Source of the DNA: a virus
Taxonomy: Duplodnaviria > Heunggongvirae > Uroviricota > Caudoviricetes
Reading direction: 5' to 3' (one strand)
IMG/VR virus record: IMGVR_UViG_3300027798_000013
Length of the DNA stretch: 64,000 nucleotides
Shown: positions 54,205 to 63,999 of the stretch, piece after piece
Numbering within the stretch: position 1 is the stretch's first letter
Layout of the letters: each line of letters starts with the position of its first letter
The notes under the pieces: model-generated
Told to the model about the DNA's origin: nothing
The model's database searches: none
Seen by the model: only the letters and a program-made list of their open reading frames with translations
Made by a program: the position numbers and the translations under genes

Positions 54205-54853
54205 AGTCATTTATCTTACTTAATGCCTCCTTATTGGAGGCATTATTTTCTCCGTAAGCTCGGCCGGCGAGTGCGCCTGAATAGGCATAAAACCCATACG
54301 GCACACCTTCGTTGAGCATACACCAAGTATCTAGTCGTTGCTGTGTTTCAATATCATTCTGGCGCTCAATGCTACTACTGGATAATTTGACGCATTCTCT
54401 AAAGGCACTGCGCCATGTGCTGAATGGATCTGTGTTAAATGCTGTGATGTTGGCTATTTCAGGCATGGGTTTGAACAATGTGCTGATACTGGTTGTCATA
54501 TCTATGCGGCTACTATCCATATTCATTGTTAATTTTCGTGGTAATAATTTAACTCCACCGTTGCCATACACCAGTCCGTTAACTGGGTTTTGACTGCGCC
54601 AAACGTGTACATAATCCAATTCAGTGTTGGGTACTTGATAGCTAAAATTAAAGGTATCTAGTACTTCAGCATCTCCATCCACTACCCAAAACATTTTTGT
54701 CATGGCCTTTTTTGCGGCCGCAATATGTGCATTGTGTATGCCTGCAACCCCGGTTATTCTCTTCAAAATAGGTGACGAAAACCTAGATGACAGTCTATTG
54801 TAGTTTTCTTCTGCATTAAGCTCGTTATAGCTGATAAACACAATATCGTACAT
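54152..54853 (-). CDS. GT-A-like glycosyltransferase, paralog A1
   Basis: YDIVFISYNE, FWVVDGD (DxD), YGNGGVKL, WRSAFRECVKL. Confidence 0.65.
   Translation of the reverse strand: MYDIVFISYNELNAEENYNRLSSRFSSPILKRITGVAGIHNAHIAAAKKAMTKMFWVVDGDAEVLDTFNFSYQVPNTELDYVHVWRSQNPVNGLVYGNGGVKLLPRKLTMNMDSSRIDMTTSISTLFKPMPEIANITAFNTDPFSTWRSAFRECVKLSSSSIERQNDIETQQRLDTWCMLNEGVPYGFYAYSGALAGRAYGENNASNKEALSKINDFTWLEVLWLAEKSQLSL
54221..54250 (+). terminator. Hairpin terminating thyX transcription, embedded in the opposite-strand CDS
   Basis: TAATGCCTCC-TTATT-GGAGGCATTA, perfect 10-bp stem followed by TTTT. Confidence 0.7.
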
Positions 54854-55746
54854 TATTGACGGTTCTTTATGATTCTAGGAGTATTAACATACACACGTTT
54901 GAAAAATTCACTAGCGGTAGAATCCATTTCGCCTACTTCTAGTTTGCATTCATGTTTGAGTGTTTCACCTAATCCCATTATTTCGTAGGGCAACATTTTA
55001 TCAGTAATCTTGCTATATTTGGTTTCCCATTCATTGGTAAGCCAATCAAAGTCACGTACACTGGCATAATCCCAATCTGTGCAATTGGTAAGATATGCGC
55101 CTTCTCTAGCGCCGTATATCGACCATACACCGTTCTTTACATCAGCACCTATGTTGCACCATATTAATAAACGCTGATAATTTTGCCACCATATACCACG
55201 TAGATCTTTTACTTTTGCGCCCTGGTCTAAGCTCATCTTTACGCCTTCACGGAATCCTGCTCTCCATGCTTGGAAAGGAGTTGCATTAGTAAAGCTCTCG
55301 CTATAATTTTCGTTGAATTGATAATACAGGTCGTTGAAACAAAATTCAACTAATCCTTTTACATCATCAGGATCTGAATTTTCATGTGTTTTCATCTCGT
55401 TTACAAATTTACGTGTCCACATTTTTAAGCCACCATTGCCGTACTCTAAGCCGTTAACATGAACACGCCCACACCAACTAAACACATGATCTGCTGTTAA
55501 TCCCAATGCGTCTATATCCACTTCAACTTCGAGGAATTTTGGATCAACAATGTTGTCAGCATCCACAGTAATAAAGTATTCTGTTTCGCTTAGTTTGGCG
55601 CAGGCTTTATGTGCGGCATCTGAACCTTTAACTCCATGCACACGTTTTGCCCACGGTGCTTTTGTCAGCAAGTCTGCGTAATTTTTTTCAGCATTTGGTT
55701 CATCATAGCTGAGGAAGACGATGTCTTGATCTATTACTTTAATCAT
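54853..55746 (-). CDS. GT-A-like glycosyltransferase, paralog A2
   Basis: DIVFLSYDE, FITVDADN (DxD), YGNGGLKM, WRAGFREGVKM. Confidence 0.65.
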   Translation of the reverse strand: MIKVIDQDIVFLSYDEPNAEKNYADLLTKAPWAKRVHGVKGSDAAHKACAKLSETEYFITVDADNIVDPKFLEVEVDIDALGLTADHVFSWCGRVHVNGLEYGNGGLKMWTRKFVNEMKTHENSDPDDVKGLVEFCFNDLYYQFNENYSESFTNATPFQAWRAGFREGVKMSLDQGAKVKDLRGIWWQNYQRLLIWCNIGADVKNGVWSIYGAREGAYLTNCTDWDYASVRDFDWLTNEWETKYSKITDKMLPYEIMGLGETLKHECKLEVGEMDSTASEFFKRVYVNTPRIIKNRQ

Positions 55747-56344
55747 TTTTAATTCTCATCCCGTAACTTTCAAAAAACGGTAAAGTGAACATTGATATGT
55801 TTTCAATATCTTTTTCTTTGTCATTTATAAATGGTACCAATACGTGGCCATTGCCTATTAAATTACGCAGTTGAACTTCCAATTGACGTATTAATAAATT
55901 TATGTTACTGTCATTTGTTATGAAAAAATGAAGTTTTGCATTTAAACTTTTTGCCCGTGGATGCTGAAGAAATAGTTCATTCATTATAAATTTCCAACCA
56001 TCTTTGGACCATTCAACTGTAAGTATAGTTTCTCTATCGCTTAATCTTATGTTTTCAATTATATTAGTTTTAAAAATTAAATCGCCTTGATTTTTATTTA
56101 CAAATTTAATCGATCCGTCATTGTCAAATGCTATTTTAAAATTAATAAAATTTTCAGTGCCATTAAAAAACTTTTCAATTTCTGCAAACTCTACTTCTAC
56201 AAAATTTTCATAATCTAACTTTTCATTAGACAGTGCCAAAATGTTCCCTGTATCTTTTTCAAAATACACAAAATAAGTAAACACATATTTTACATCTAAT
56301 AGTGCTTGAAGTTGTTCAGCTGTTAAAAATTCTTCTTCATCCAT
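55739..56344 (-). CDS. Hypothetical protein (AT-rich)
   Basis: Operon-coupled ORF. Confidence 0.7.
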   Translation of the reverse strand: MDEEEFLTAEQLQALLDVKYVFTYFVYFEKDTGNILALSNEKLDYENFVEVEFAEIEKFFNGTENFINFKIAFDNDGSIKFVNKNQGDLIFKTNIIENIRLSDRETILTVEWSKDGWKFIMNELFLQHPRAKSLNAKLHFFITNDSNINLLIRQLEVQLRNLIGNGHVLVPFINDKEKDIENISMFTLPFFESYGMRIKND

Positions 56345-57170
56345 TTGATAGCTTCTTTAATTTTTTAATTATATCAATATCCAGAAAATCATTTTCCACA
56401 TAATGAAACAAATGATGCTGGCGTATATTGCCAACTGTTAAGTTTCCAGCTTTAGTATAAGAATATGGAATTGTGTTTCGCCAACTTGACGGTACCGGGT
56501 GCCACCCTTGTACTCCTGCTTTCATATGTACAAATTTTAATGGACTACACACGTCTACAGAACTGTGATAACCGCACAACTCCACAGCAATGGCCGCTGA
56601 TAGATCCATACTTAACCAATTTTGATAATGCTCGCTGGCCAATTTGCCATAGCACCATGCCCAGTTGTTAACCACAAATTCTAGTGTTTTGTAAAAATAT
56701 TCTGCACGTTGTGATTTTTTAAAATAATGCAATGCAAAATAAGGACTTGGCAAATCGTTTGCTGTAAAAGTTTTTCTGTATATGCTATTTTCAATAGCAT
56801 CGCCTTTATAATCAAGTGCAGATGTACAAAATAATAACTCGTGATCTTGACAGTACCACCACCAATCATTGATGTCTTGCAAAAATATCATATCTGTATC
56901 TAGCACAATTGTTTCATCGTAAGGAGTTACGTGGTATATTTTCCAACGATGTTCTGCTACGTACCTTGACGAAATTTGATCTTCCCACGGTATTGGAATG
57001 ATTTGATCAAACACTTCTTGGTATTCTTCCGGAACATTATCATTAGTAATAATGCTAATGGCTGTTTCTGTTTGAGTTGCATGTATACTCAGCGCCAGCA
57101 CATAGGCTTGTTTGACGTAATCTGTATCGTCTGTGTTTTTTGCTAAAACTACAAACCCTTTAGACATCAT
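56337..57170 (-). CDS. GT-A-like (GT8/mannosyltransferase-like) protein, paralog B1
   Basis: YVKQAYVLALSI, YHVTPYDETIVLDTDMIF, FVHMK. Confidence 0.62.
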   Translation of the reverse strand: MMSKGFVVLAKNTDDTDYVKQAYVLALSIHATQTETAISIITNDNVPEEYQEVFDQIIPIPWEDQISSRYVAEHRWKIYHVTPYDETIVLDTDMIFLQDINDWWWYCQDHELLFCTSALDYKGDAIENSIYRKTFTANDLPSPYFALHYFKKSQRAEYFYKTLEFVVNNWAWCYGKLASEHYQNWLSMDLSAAIAVELCGYHSSVDVCSPLKFVHMKAGVQGWHPVPSSWRNTIPYSYTKAGNLTVGNIRQHHLFHYVENDFLDIDIIKKLKKLSNG

Positions 57171-58008
57171 GATCTCCGTCTATATATCGTGTTAAACTTT
57201 GTTTATTCATAACATGTACATCTGTTGCATTGGTACTTACCAATGTGTATTCACCAGGGTAGTGTGCTTTTTCAACAAGAAATTTCATCTTGTTTTCTTT
57301 CATATCAACCATGATATCTCTATCCAACACATAGGTCATTAGTCCAGGAAGCTCGTGCGCAAAATCTCCTTCTGTACTGCCGTTCATAACGTGTATGGCA
57401 ATACTAAAAGCAAAATCGTTACGAAATGTTGGACTATCAATTTTATAGATAATTCTAAAATATTCCCAGTTGAGTTTTATGTATTCTATAAGATCAAACA
57501 AACTGCGTGTGCTGGCTGTTTTTTCAAATATAAACACAGTTCCCCAATAGAAAGGAACACTGTATTGATTAATACGCATAAAACTACTGTCATCTCGCCA
57601 TCCAGCTAAATCAAAACTTTTACGAAATATCTGAAAACTATAATCATTTTTTAATGCTTTTTCCAGTGTGTTACTGTTGATGATATAGTCGCTGTCGATT
57701 ACCAGTGTACGATCATACGGAGTAATATCGTATGCTTGATTACGGGTTAAATTTTTCCATTCGGCCAGTTTGTAGGCCAGAGATCCATCATAAAACTTTT
57801 TTTGCTGAGTTGTATTTCCTTGGATAGGAATTATTTTATCAAACACTTCAGTGTGTTCAGGATAAAACTCTAGCCAGGCTTGACTGTCAGTAGCAAGGCT
57901 TACTGGAATATTCAAATGTTCTTTGACACGTCTAGCCGCAAACAATGCCAGTTTGACATAGTCTACACCAACTGTGTTTTGAGCAAAAATCAAGCAACCA
58001 GTTGTCAT
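57160..58008 (-). CDS. GT-A-like protein, paralog B2
   Basis: YVKLALFAARRV, YDITPYDRTLVIDSDYII, RNDFAFSIA, HVMNK. Confidence 0.62.
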   Translation of the reverse strand: MTTGCLIFAQNTVGVDYVKLALFAARRVKEHLNIPVSLATDSQAWLEFYPEHTEVFDKIIPIQGNTTQQKKFYDGSLAYKLAEWKNLTRNQAYDITPYDRTLVIDSDYIINSNTLEKALKNDYSFQIFRKSFDLAGWRDDSSFMRINQYSVPFYWGTVFIFEKTASTRSLFDLIEYIKLNWEYFRIIYKIDSPTFRNDFAFSIAIHVMNGSTEGDFAHELPGLMTYVLDRDIMVDMKENKMKFLVEKAHYPGEYTLVSTNATDVHVMNKQSLTRYIDGDHDV

Positions 58009-58355
58009 AGTTCAACAAGATCTTTTACATTGCGTTTTTTCTTAATTTCAGCAAATTTAGTTTGATATTCGTTCACCGCTTCAAAATATACAGATATCAA
58101 ATTGTCAAGAAAATCTTGTACATCAGCAATGATCACTGGCTGATTATTTGCATCCACAAATGCAATATTTTCAGTATGCTCCATGTCTACTAAATTTTTG
58201 GCAAAGTTAATTAAATTATAATCAACACGAAAGGTTGCGCCGTTAATATAGTATACTAATTTTTGATTGTATTCTTCAAGAATGACTCGTCTTTGATTTG
58301 AAAGTGTAGCCATATAATTGGCCACTTCAAATGCTTTTTCTATTCGTTCGTCCAT
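58005..58355 (-). CDS. Hypothetical protein
   Basis: GGAG RBS; first gene of the minus-strand operon. Confidence 0.72.
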   Translation of the reverse strand: MDERIEKAFEVANYMATLSNQRRVILEEYNQKLVYYINGATFRVDYNLINFAKNLVDMEHTENIAFVDANNQPVIIADVQDFLDNLISVYFEAVNEYQTKFAEIKKKRNVKDLVEL

Positions 58356-58375
58356 AATGACTCCACTGAGTGTGT

Positions 58376-58404
58376 AGTATACACTCTAGTAGTTATCATG
58401 TCAA
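58376..58404 (-). promoter_or_regulatory. sigma70-type promoter for the glycosyltransferase operon
   Basis: Minus strand TTGACA-N17-TATACT; short IR GAGTGT/ACACTC around the -10. Confidence 0.75.
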
Positions 58405-58422
58405 TAGATTCTGATTGAGATT

Positions 58423-60489
58423 TTAGGGCCAGCCAACCCAGACAAGTCCAGAGCCGCCAAGGCCGCCAGCTTGAGAAGTTTGTGTACGTGTGAATATAGT
58501 GCCGCCACTTATACTGGCTCCGCCACCTCCGCCACCCGAGCCAGTATTTGCGGCTGCGCCTGTACCAACAGCGGCAGAGCCGCCATTGCCAGCACTGTAA
58601 GTTCCGAAACCGCCTACACCTGCGGCTCCACCTCCACCTCCACCTGCCGCATAATATGTTATGAGACCAGTTACGCTAGGATAGAATGAATAAGCAACTC
58701 CTATACCGCCAGTGCCGCCATCATAGCCTGTGCCAGCAGTATTTGAGCCAGCACTACCAGCTCCACCAGCGCCACCACCACCACCACCTGCATTTAAAAA
58801 CTGATTGCCAGAGTTATTAAAGCTGGCTCCGCCACCGAAGCCGTTGCCAGAAGTTCCGCCAGCACCACCATTATGAGTTCCACTTGTGCCGGTGCCACTG
58901 GTTGAGCCGTTGCCGCCGGCACTGCCGCCGCCTGAGTTGTTACCGCCAAAACTTGAAAGCCCGCCTGCGCCGCCGCCGTTGGAGCCGCCGCCACCCACAG
59001 TTATACCATAAGCCTGGCCAGGTAAGACATTGGTAGTTAGTAGCCTATACTGTCCAGCGCCACCACCACCGCCTGCATGATTACCGCCACCGCCGCCGCC
59101 ACCCAAAATAATCACACTGACTGTTCTAACACCTGCTGGTGCGGTCCATTGTTGATTACCAACTGCGGTGAACAACTGTGTGCCTGTTGGAGTTTTTGAA
59201 GTGTCGTTGATGAAAATTGTCGTGCTTGCTAATCCATTATAAAGAACAACGTTAAAACTGGTGTCGCCGTCAGTGAACAAATTGTTGGCCACTGTGAATG
59301 CAATTTGAGCAGTGTTGTTATTAATTGTGAAATAGCTGTCTGTGGAGCCTGCGCTGAATCTTGAATTTGTAATGCCATTAACTGTGTAATTGATATTACC
59401 AGTGCATTGATAAGTTACAAATGTACCGTTTGGAACGTTTCTAGTGTTGAGTGTGACCACTACACTGCTACCTTCGTTCACCACATAGTTGCTGGCCACT
59501 AAACCATATACTGCTCCGCTGGCATTTTGAAAATCGCCAGTTAGTGAAGTGGTCGGTGAAGCTATACTAACATAACTGCCGCTGGGTCTGTGGATTACCA
59601 CTGTTTGAGTTATTTGGCCGTCGATGTATTCATCGTTTATACCGCCTGGTGTGCCTGCACTTGTGCCCGGAAAGTTAGGGCCGCCGGAGCCAAGGCTAAT
59701 GTCATTATACTGAATTGTAAAAATTACCGTGCCGCCTGATATTTTTGCAAGTATTCTAAATTCGTTTCCCGCATAAGCACCTGCGGGCGCGGCTTTGATA
59801 AAAATAGTTTGATCAGTGTTGGTTAAATTAAAATAACCGATACCAGTTGAAGGAGTTCCAGTACTGCCAGCATCGAGATATGTACTAGTACGATCCATTG
59901 AAATAGTACCCATCTGACTAAACATAGTTACCCATGTGTTGTCTTTTACTGTACTAAAGCTATTAAAAGTACCTGTCATGCCCACATTAAATTTTACTAT
60001 GCCGCCTGCGTTGAAAAATGCTCTGATGGTTGGAACATCACCAAAGTTCATAGTGATAGTGTTAACAAGATTTCCATTCCAATCATCCAGTCGATGTGAT
60101 GTGTTTGCAGTGTCAATTGTGAATTGGCCGGTACCAAGAGTATCACGATAAGTGTTTAATGTGACTGCATAATCGAAATATTCCAAACGTAATGCTTCTC
60201 TAATTAAAACAGCACTGGTTGGGACAGAAATGTTATTGGATTCAGAACCTGAACCTGATTGATGGCCGCGAGCTTTGATGGCATCTGTTCGTAGGTTTAG
60301 CCAATGACTTAGTGTTACTTTATTACCAACAGAAACTTGACTACTGGAAACTGATTGATTATATCCAAATCGTGGTGTTGAGTCGGTTGGAGCCCCCAGT
60401 ACTTTTGCTACTGCGGCTTGAATTGTGTTATAATCCCCAAGTGTGTTTGCAGATATAACATTACCTAATCCTGGACCTAATGTTGCCAC
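58423..60489 (-). CDS. Tail fibre-like virion protein with glycine-rich C-terminal domain
   Basis: N-terminus paralogous to the next gene; VIILGGGGGGG, GGAGGAG repeats; ends GGSGLVWVGWP. Confidence 0.7.
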   Translation of the reverse strand: MATLGPGLGNVISANTLGDYNTIQAAVAKVLGAPTDSTPRFGYNQSVSSSQVSVGNKVTLSHWLNLRTDAIKARGHQSGSGSESNNISVPTSAVLIREALRLEYFDYAVTLNTYRDTLGTGQFTIDTANTSHRLDDWNGNLVNTITMNFGDVPTIRAFFNAGGIVKFNVGMTGTFNSFSTVKDNTWVTMFSQMGTISMDRTSTYLDAGSTGTPSTGIGYFNLTNTDQTIFIKAAPAGAYAGNEFRILAKISGGTVIFTIQYNDISLGSGGPNFPGTSAGTPGGINDEYIDGQITQTVVIHRPSGSYVSIASPTTSLTGDFQNASGAVYGLVASNYVVNEGSSVVVTLNTRNVPNGTFVTYQCTGNINYTVNGITNSRFSAGSTDSYFTINNNTAQIAFTVANNLFTDGDTSFNVVLYNGLASTTIFINDTSKTPTGTQLFTAVGNQQWTAPAGVRTVSVIILGGGGGGGNHAGGGGGAGQYRLLTTNVLPGQAYGITVGGGGSNGGGAGGLSSFGGNNSGGGSAGGNGSTSGTGTSGTHNGGAGGTSGNGFGGGASFNNSGNQFLNAGGGGGGAGGAGSAGSNTAGTGYDGGTGGIGVAYSFYPSVTGLITYYAAGGGGGGAAGVGGFGTYSAGNGGSAAVGTGAAANTGSGGGGGGASISGGTIFTRTQTSQAGGLGGSGLVWVGWP

Positions 60490-60539
60490 GTTTACCTCTT
60501 TCTTTTATATAGTCTTTGTAGACAACTTGCAAAAATAAA

Positions 60540-61919
60540 TTATGCTATTGATGTTACGTTGACCGGCGGAGTAATTACAGATACATTTGCACCACTTGCA
60601 CGGGTCGCTGAAATATCAATAGTTAATATACCGTCAACGTTTTCATCAATTCCGTAAGGAGGAGCCGCACTGGCATCATCTTGGAATCTGATAATGATTG
60701 TTAAAATTGTGCCTGTGGCATCCAGACGGGCAAACACATTTAATACGTTGGCGGAATATGCGCCGCTCGGTGCTTGTTTACTAAAAACTAATCTATCAGA
60801 TGTGGTCAACCCAAAATACCCAATTGGGTAATGAGTACTAGGAGTTGGAGAATAATCTGTAGGAGTTTGAATACAGTCATTGGCTCTAAAAGCAATCTTG
60901 TTGATTTGGCTAAACATAACTTGCCATGTTTGATCTTTTAAAACTGATCCTGATCCAAAAGAACCAGTTAGTGACGGAGAGAATTCAAAAGCACTGCCAC
61001 TATTGAAGAATGCTCTAGCGCCATCACGTGATGGAAAAGTGATAGTTGCTGTGGCCTGTATATTTCCGTTCCATGCTGTTGTTCTTGTAACAGAAGTAAT
61101 GGGCTCTGTACTCAGTTGGTTACCAGCTACTACTTTAACTCCAGATAATAGTGTAAGTGTAAACGTGCCGCCTGATATGCTAGTACCGGCCGCATTGCTC
61201 AATGTAAGACTTGTGCCAGGCAAAACTGCTGTGACTGTAGTAGTTGCTGAAATTCCAGATCCAATAATAGTAGCACCCAGCATCAGAATTGAAGCATTTG
61301 CACTGCTCATAGTAGTAGTGGCGTTGGTTGTTCCTGTAATAGTAACCGTTGGATTATACGCATTAAGGTATGCATTTTGCGCATAGGATAGATACTGAGC
61401 TCTTACCGCATCTGTTAACACACTACTAATTTTTACAGGTTTCACTGTGCTGTAAGTTCCGGGGTTATTGTTATAACTTAATGTAATTGTGCTGGGAGTA
61501 CTTGCAGTTGACAAATAAACACCATTGTAATTTGCGTTTGCAGATCCTTGAATTTTATAAGGTGCGCCAACGGAAGGTATAATATTGCCGGGTGTGGCTG
61601 TAAATCCAAACGTTACCAAGTAAGGGCCCGAGCCTGATATACTAATAAAACTATTGACACTGCGTGGATCCAAATTACCAGGAATAGTTAACAGTGAACC
61701 TTCGGTCGCAGAGCCGGTTTGATGGGCGCCAATTTTTAATAAATCAGTACGTAAATTAATCCAATCCTGTAATAGAAATGGATCTCCTACCCTTACTTGC
61801 GTACTAGCAACTAGTTGACCAAATCCGTATTGTCCGGAACCAACTCCCAATACATTTTGAGCAAAAGTCTGAACAGCATTAAAGTCCGAAGCTAATATTT
61901 TTTGACCTACACCAGGCAT
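60540..61919 (-). CDS. Virion structural protein (tail fibre/baseplate-associated)
   Basis: G..YGF.Q...S.QV..G......W.NLR.D....G.HQ.GS, shared with 58423-60489. Confidence 0.68.
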   Translation of the reverse strand: MPGVGQKILASDFNAVQTFAQNVLGVGSGQYGFGQLVASTQVRVGDPFLLQDWINLRTDLLKIGAHQTGSATEGSLLTIPGNLDPRSVNSFISISGSGPYLVTFGFTATPGNIIPSVGAPYKIQGSANANYNGVYLSTASTPSTITLSYNNNPGTYSTVKPVKISSVLTDAVRAQYLSYAQNAYLNAYNPTVTITGTTNATTTMSSANASILMLGATIIGSGISATTTVTAVLPGTSLTLSNAAGTSISGGTFTLTLLSGVKVVAGNQLSTEPITSVTRTTAWNGNIQATATITFPSRDGARAFFNSGSAFEFSPSLTGSFGSGSVLKDQTWQVMFSQINKIAFRANDCIQTPTDYSPTPSTHYPIGYFGLTTSDRLVFSKQAPSGAYSANVLNVFARLDATGTILTIIIRFQDDASAAPPYGIDENVDGILTIDISATRASGANVSVITPPVNVTSIA

Positions 61920-61929
61920 AATAATTCCT

Positions 61930-63402
61930 TTATAGTACTAAAACTTCAATAGTTTTTTCGCCGGGCTCGTTACTGGTACCCAGTGCAATTGCAAACACAT
62001 CTGAACTGCTGTTGTAAGCTACCTGTGCCGCGCCGTTGGTTCCAGCTACTAAACGTTGGCCTTTTTTAACTTGTCCAACTACTTTGCACGGCACACGACC
62101 TTTCAATGCAATATAAGTGCCGCCTTCTAAACCGCTGTTCATCATGTAAGCCGGATTTGCACTAACAATACCAATTGCTCTGTCGCCAACTGTACATGCA
62201 GTTACTTCTTTTTCGCCGCCAATTGTCACAACTGTTCCAACAAGATACTCTGCATCTGCTAGATATTTTTCGGCCAAGTCAGCGTAGTCTGCTGAGCTAG
62301 CAATACCTTGAAACACGTTGGCATAAATGTCTGCGCTGGCATCTCGAACTGCTACAGTACTTGCGGCCGCACCAGTATTACCTGAACGATATAAACCGCT
62401 AACTGTTTCTAAAATCTGATTGGCCTGACTTGCAATGCCGCTAAATGATGCCGCATAAATTGTGTTATAAATTTTGGTTGGAGATCCAATACTTGAAATA
62501 TTAGTGTCTCCTGGGATCAAATCTGTGCCTACTAAAGATAATGGATTTCTGGTAACGCCTGCTACTGTTGTTAAAAAAGTAATTGTATTACTTAATACGT
62601 TTGCAATAGTTGGAGTGCTTCCAGTAATCTTAACTTCCAAATCTCTAAGAGCTCCAACTGTATATCCAGCGTTACTAAAATTAATAGGAGTTGCAAAACT
62701 TGTTGTGTTGGCTCTTAAATATTCGCTGGACGCAATGCCGCCTAATTTATCCGAGTCGCTTGCTGTTCCCCAAAATCTTTGGTCGGTGGTGCTGGTTCTT
62801 CCAAGCACACTACCGATAGTACTGTTAACTAGTGTGATACCCTTACCAATTTTTGTAAAACCAGTAATTGGATTTAAACTAGTGCTAAGTATAAACTCGT
62901 CTGCACTAACAATATACATTACCTGGCCGTTAGTTACTGCTTGGATAACTGAGTGGCTTGCTCCAACATCATCTAATACGCTGATACTTTGCATCTGAGT
63001 AGTGCCGGCGCCTGCAACACTTTGGGGTCCAACTAGTGTAAATGTTGTTCCATTCCAAACATAAATTTGTTTGTTTGCAGTATCATACCAAAATTCGCCA
63101 GGAGTTAACCCTACTGGTGCAGTAGCACTTGATTCGGCACCACTTGCTACACGATATTTGCTACCGTCAAAGAATTTTAATTTACTATTGGCACTATCAA
63201 ACCAAATTTGTCCCGAAAGCGGGTTATTGGGGCTGTTTGCGCCGCTAAAGTTTTCTAATAAAAATACAAAATTTTCATTTTGTAATTCGCCATAGCCAGC
63301 ATAATTTTTACCAATCATTTTAATTGATAATGTGCTATCTATTGTTCCGTCGGCAACCACAGTTATTTGTGTTCCGTTGTATCGATTAATGGTGTATGAC
63401 AT
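61930..63402 (-). CDS. Tail fibre/baseplate-associated protein with C-terminal YADLAE domain
   Basis: MSYTINRYNG, GKNYAGYGE.QNENF..LLENF, GQIWFD; C-terminal YADLAEKY...KGRVPCKVVG. Confidence 0.72.
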   Translation of the reverse strand: MSYTINRYNGTQITVVADGTIDSTLSIKMIGKNYAGYGELQNENFVFLLENFSGANSPNNPLSGQIWFDSANSKLKFFDGSKYRVASGAESSATAPVGLTPGEFWYDTANKQIYVWNGTTFTLVGPQSVAGAGTTQMQSISVLDDVGASHSVIQAVTNGQVMYIVSADEFILSTSLNPITGFTKIGKGITLVNSTIGSVLGRTSTTDQRFWGTASDSDKLGGIASSEYLRANTTSFATPINFSNAGYTVGALRDLEVKITGSTPTIANVLSNTITFLTTVAGVTRNPLSLVGTDLIPGDTNISSIGSPTKIYNTIYAASFSGIASQANQILETVSGLYRSGNTGAAASTVAVRDASADIYANVFQGIASSADYADLAEKYLADAEYLVGTVVTIGGEKEVTACTVGDRAIGIVSANPAYMMNSGLEGGTYIALKGRVPCKVVGQVKKGQRLVAGTNGAAQVAYNSSSDVFAIALGTSNEPGEKTIEVLVL

Positions 63403-63422
63403 CAGTTATTCCTCGTTCCTAA

Positions 63423-63428
63423 TATTTA
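63423..63428 (-). promoter_or_regulatory. Late-promoter-like TAAATA motif
   Basis: CGATAAATATT on the minus strand, about 26 nt before ATG 63402. Confidence 0.55.
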
Positions 63429-63444
63429 TCGTTATAAGCTAGTG

Positions 63445-63999
63445 TTACCAACTGCTAAGTGCCGCTCTTTTCCATGTGTTTACTCCCACGCAGATATAAA
63501 CAAAACTTGACCCCCAAGCTATTTGCCCAGGAAGGCCATCTGCTGTTGCGCTTGCTGGAACTAATGAAGTATTAATAATCAAAGAAGTTCCGGATAAAGT
63601 TAAATTTCCTCTAACAATTGCATTTCCGTTAACGTCCAAAGTTGCAAGTGGATTTGTTGTGAATATACCTACTTGTTGTGAAGCACTCTTCACAAACACC
63701 GCAGGGGTATTTGCACCGTTGGGATTGACTGCAATTACAAAATTTTGTCCAATAGTTTTAGCATTTAAGCTAAATGTTCCAGTATCCACTTCAATTGTGC
63801 TGTTCTGTGCAAGTCCCAACGTCAACGGTTTAGAGTTTGCAATTACTAATTGGCTGGTAGTTATTTGTTTGTAGTCAGCCGCACCAACACCTGCAATACC
63901 TGTATTTAAAAAGTTTTCGGCTGTTTTACTAGTGCCGTCTGCCGCAATTAAAATTGTTGCTGACTTAGATTGCACATTAAATGTAATACCTGGAAGACT
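63445..63999 (-). CDS. Virion structural protein (5'-truncated by window edge)
   Basis: Frame is open to the window end (SLPGITFNVQ...); C-terminal GQIAW...YICVGVNTWKRAAL module. Confidence 0.68.
   Translation of the reverse strand, partial: SLPGITFNVQSKSATILIAADGTSKTAENFLNTGIAGVGAADYKQITTSQLVIANSKPLTLGLAQNSTIEVDTGTFSLNAKTIGQNFVIAVNPNGANTPAVFVKSASQQVGIFTTNPLATLDVNGNAIVRGNLTLSGTSLIINTSLVPASATADGLPGQIAWGSSFVYICVGVNTWKRAALSSW

Noticed and set aside
203-63874. Numerous antisense and alternate-frame ORFs in the track (e.g. 203-547, 28190-28729, 36376-36888, 62474-62998)
   Set aside because: They shadow well-supported genes, lack RBS or motifs, and reflect codon bias of the real strand.
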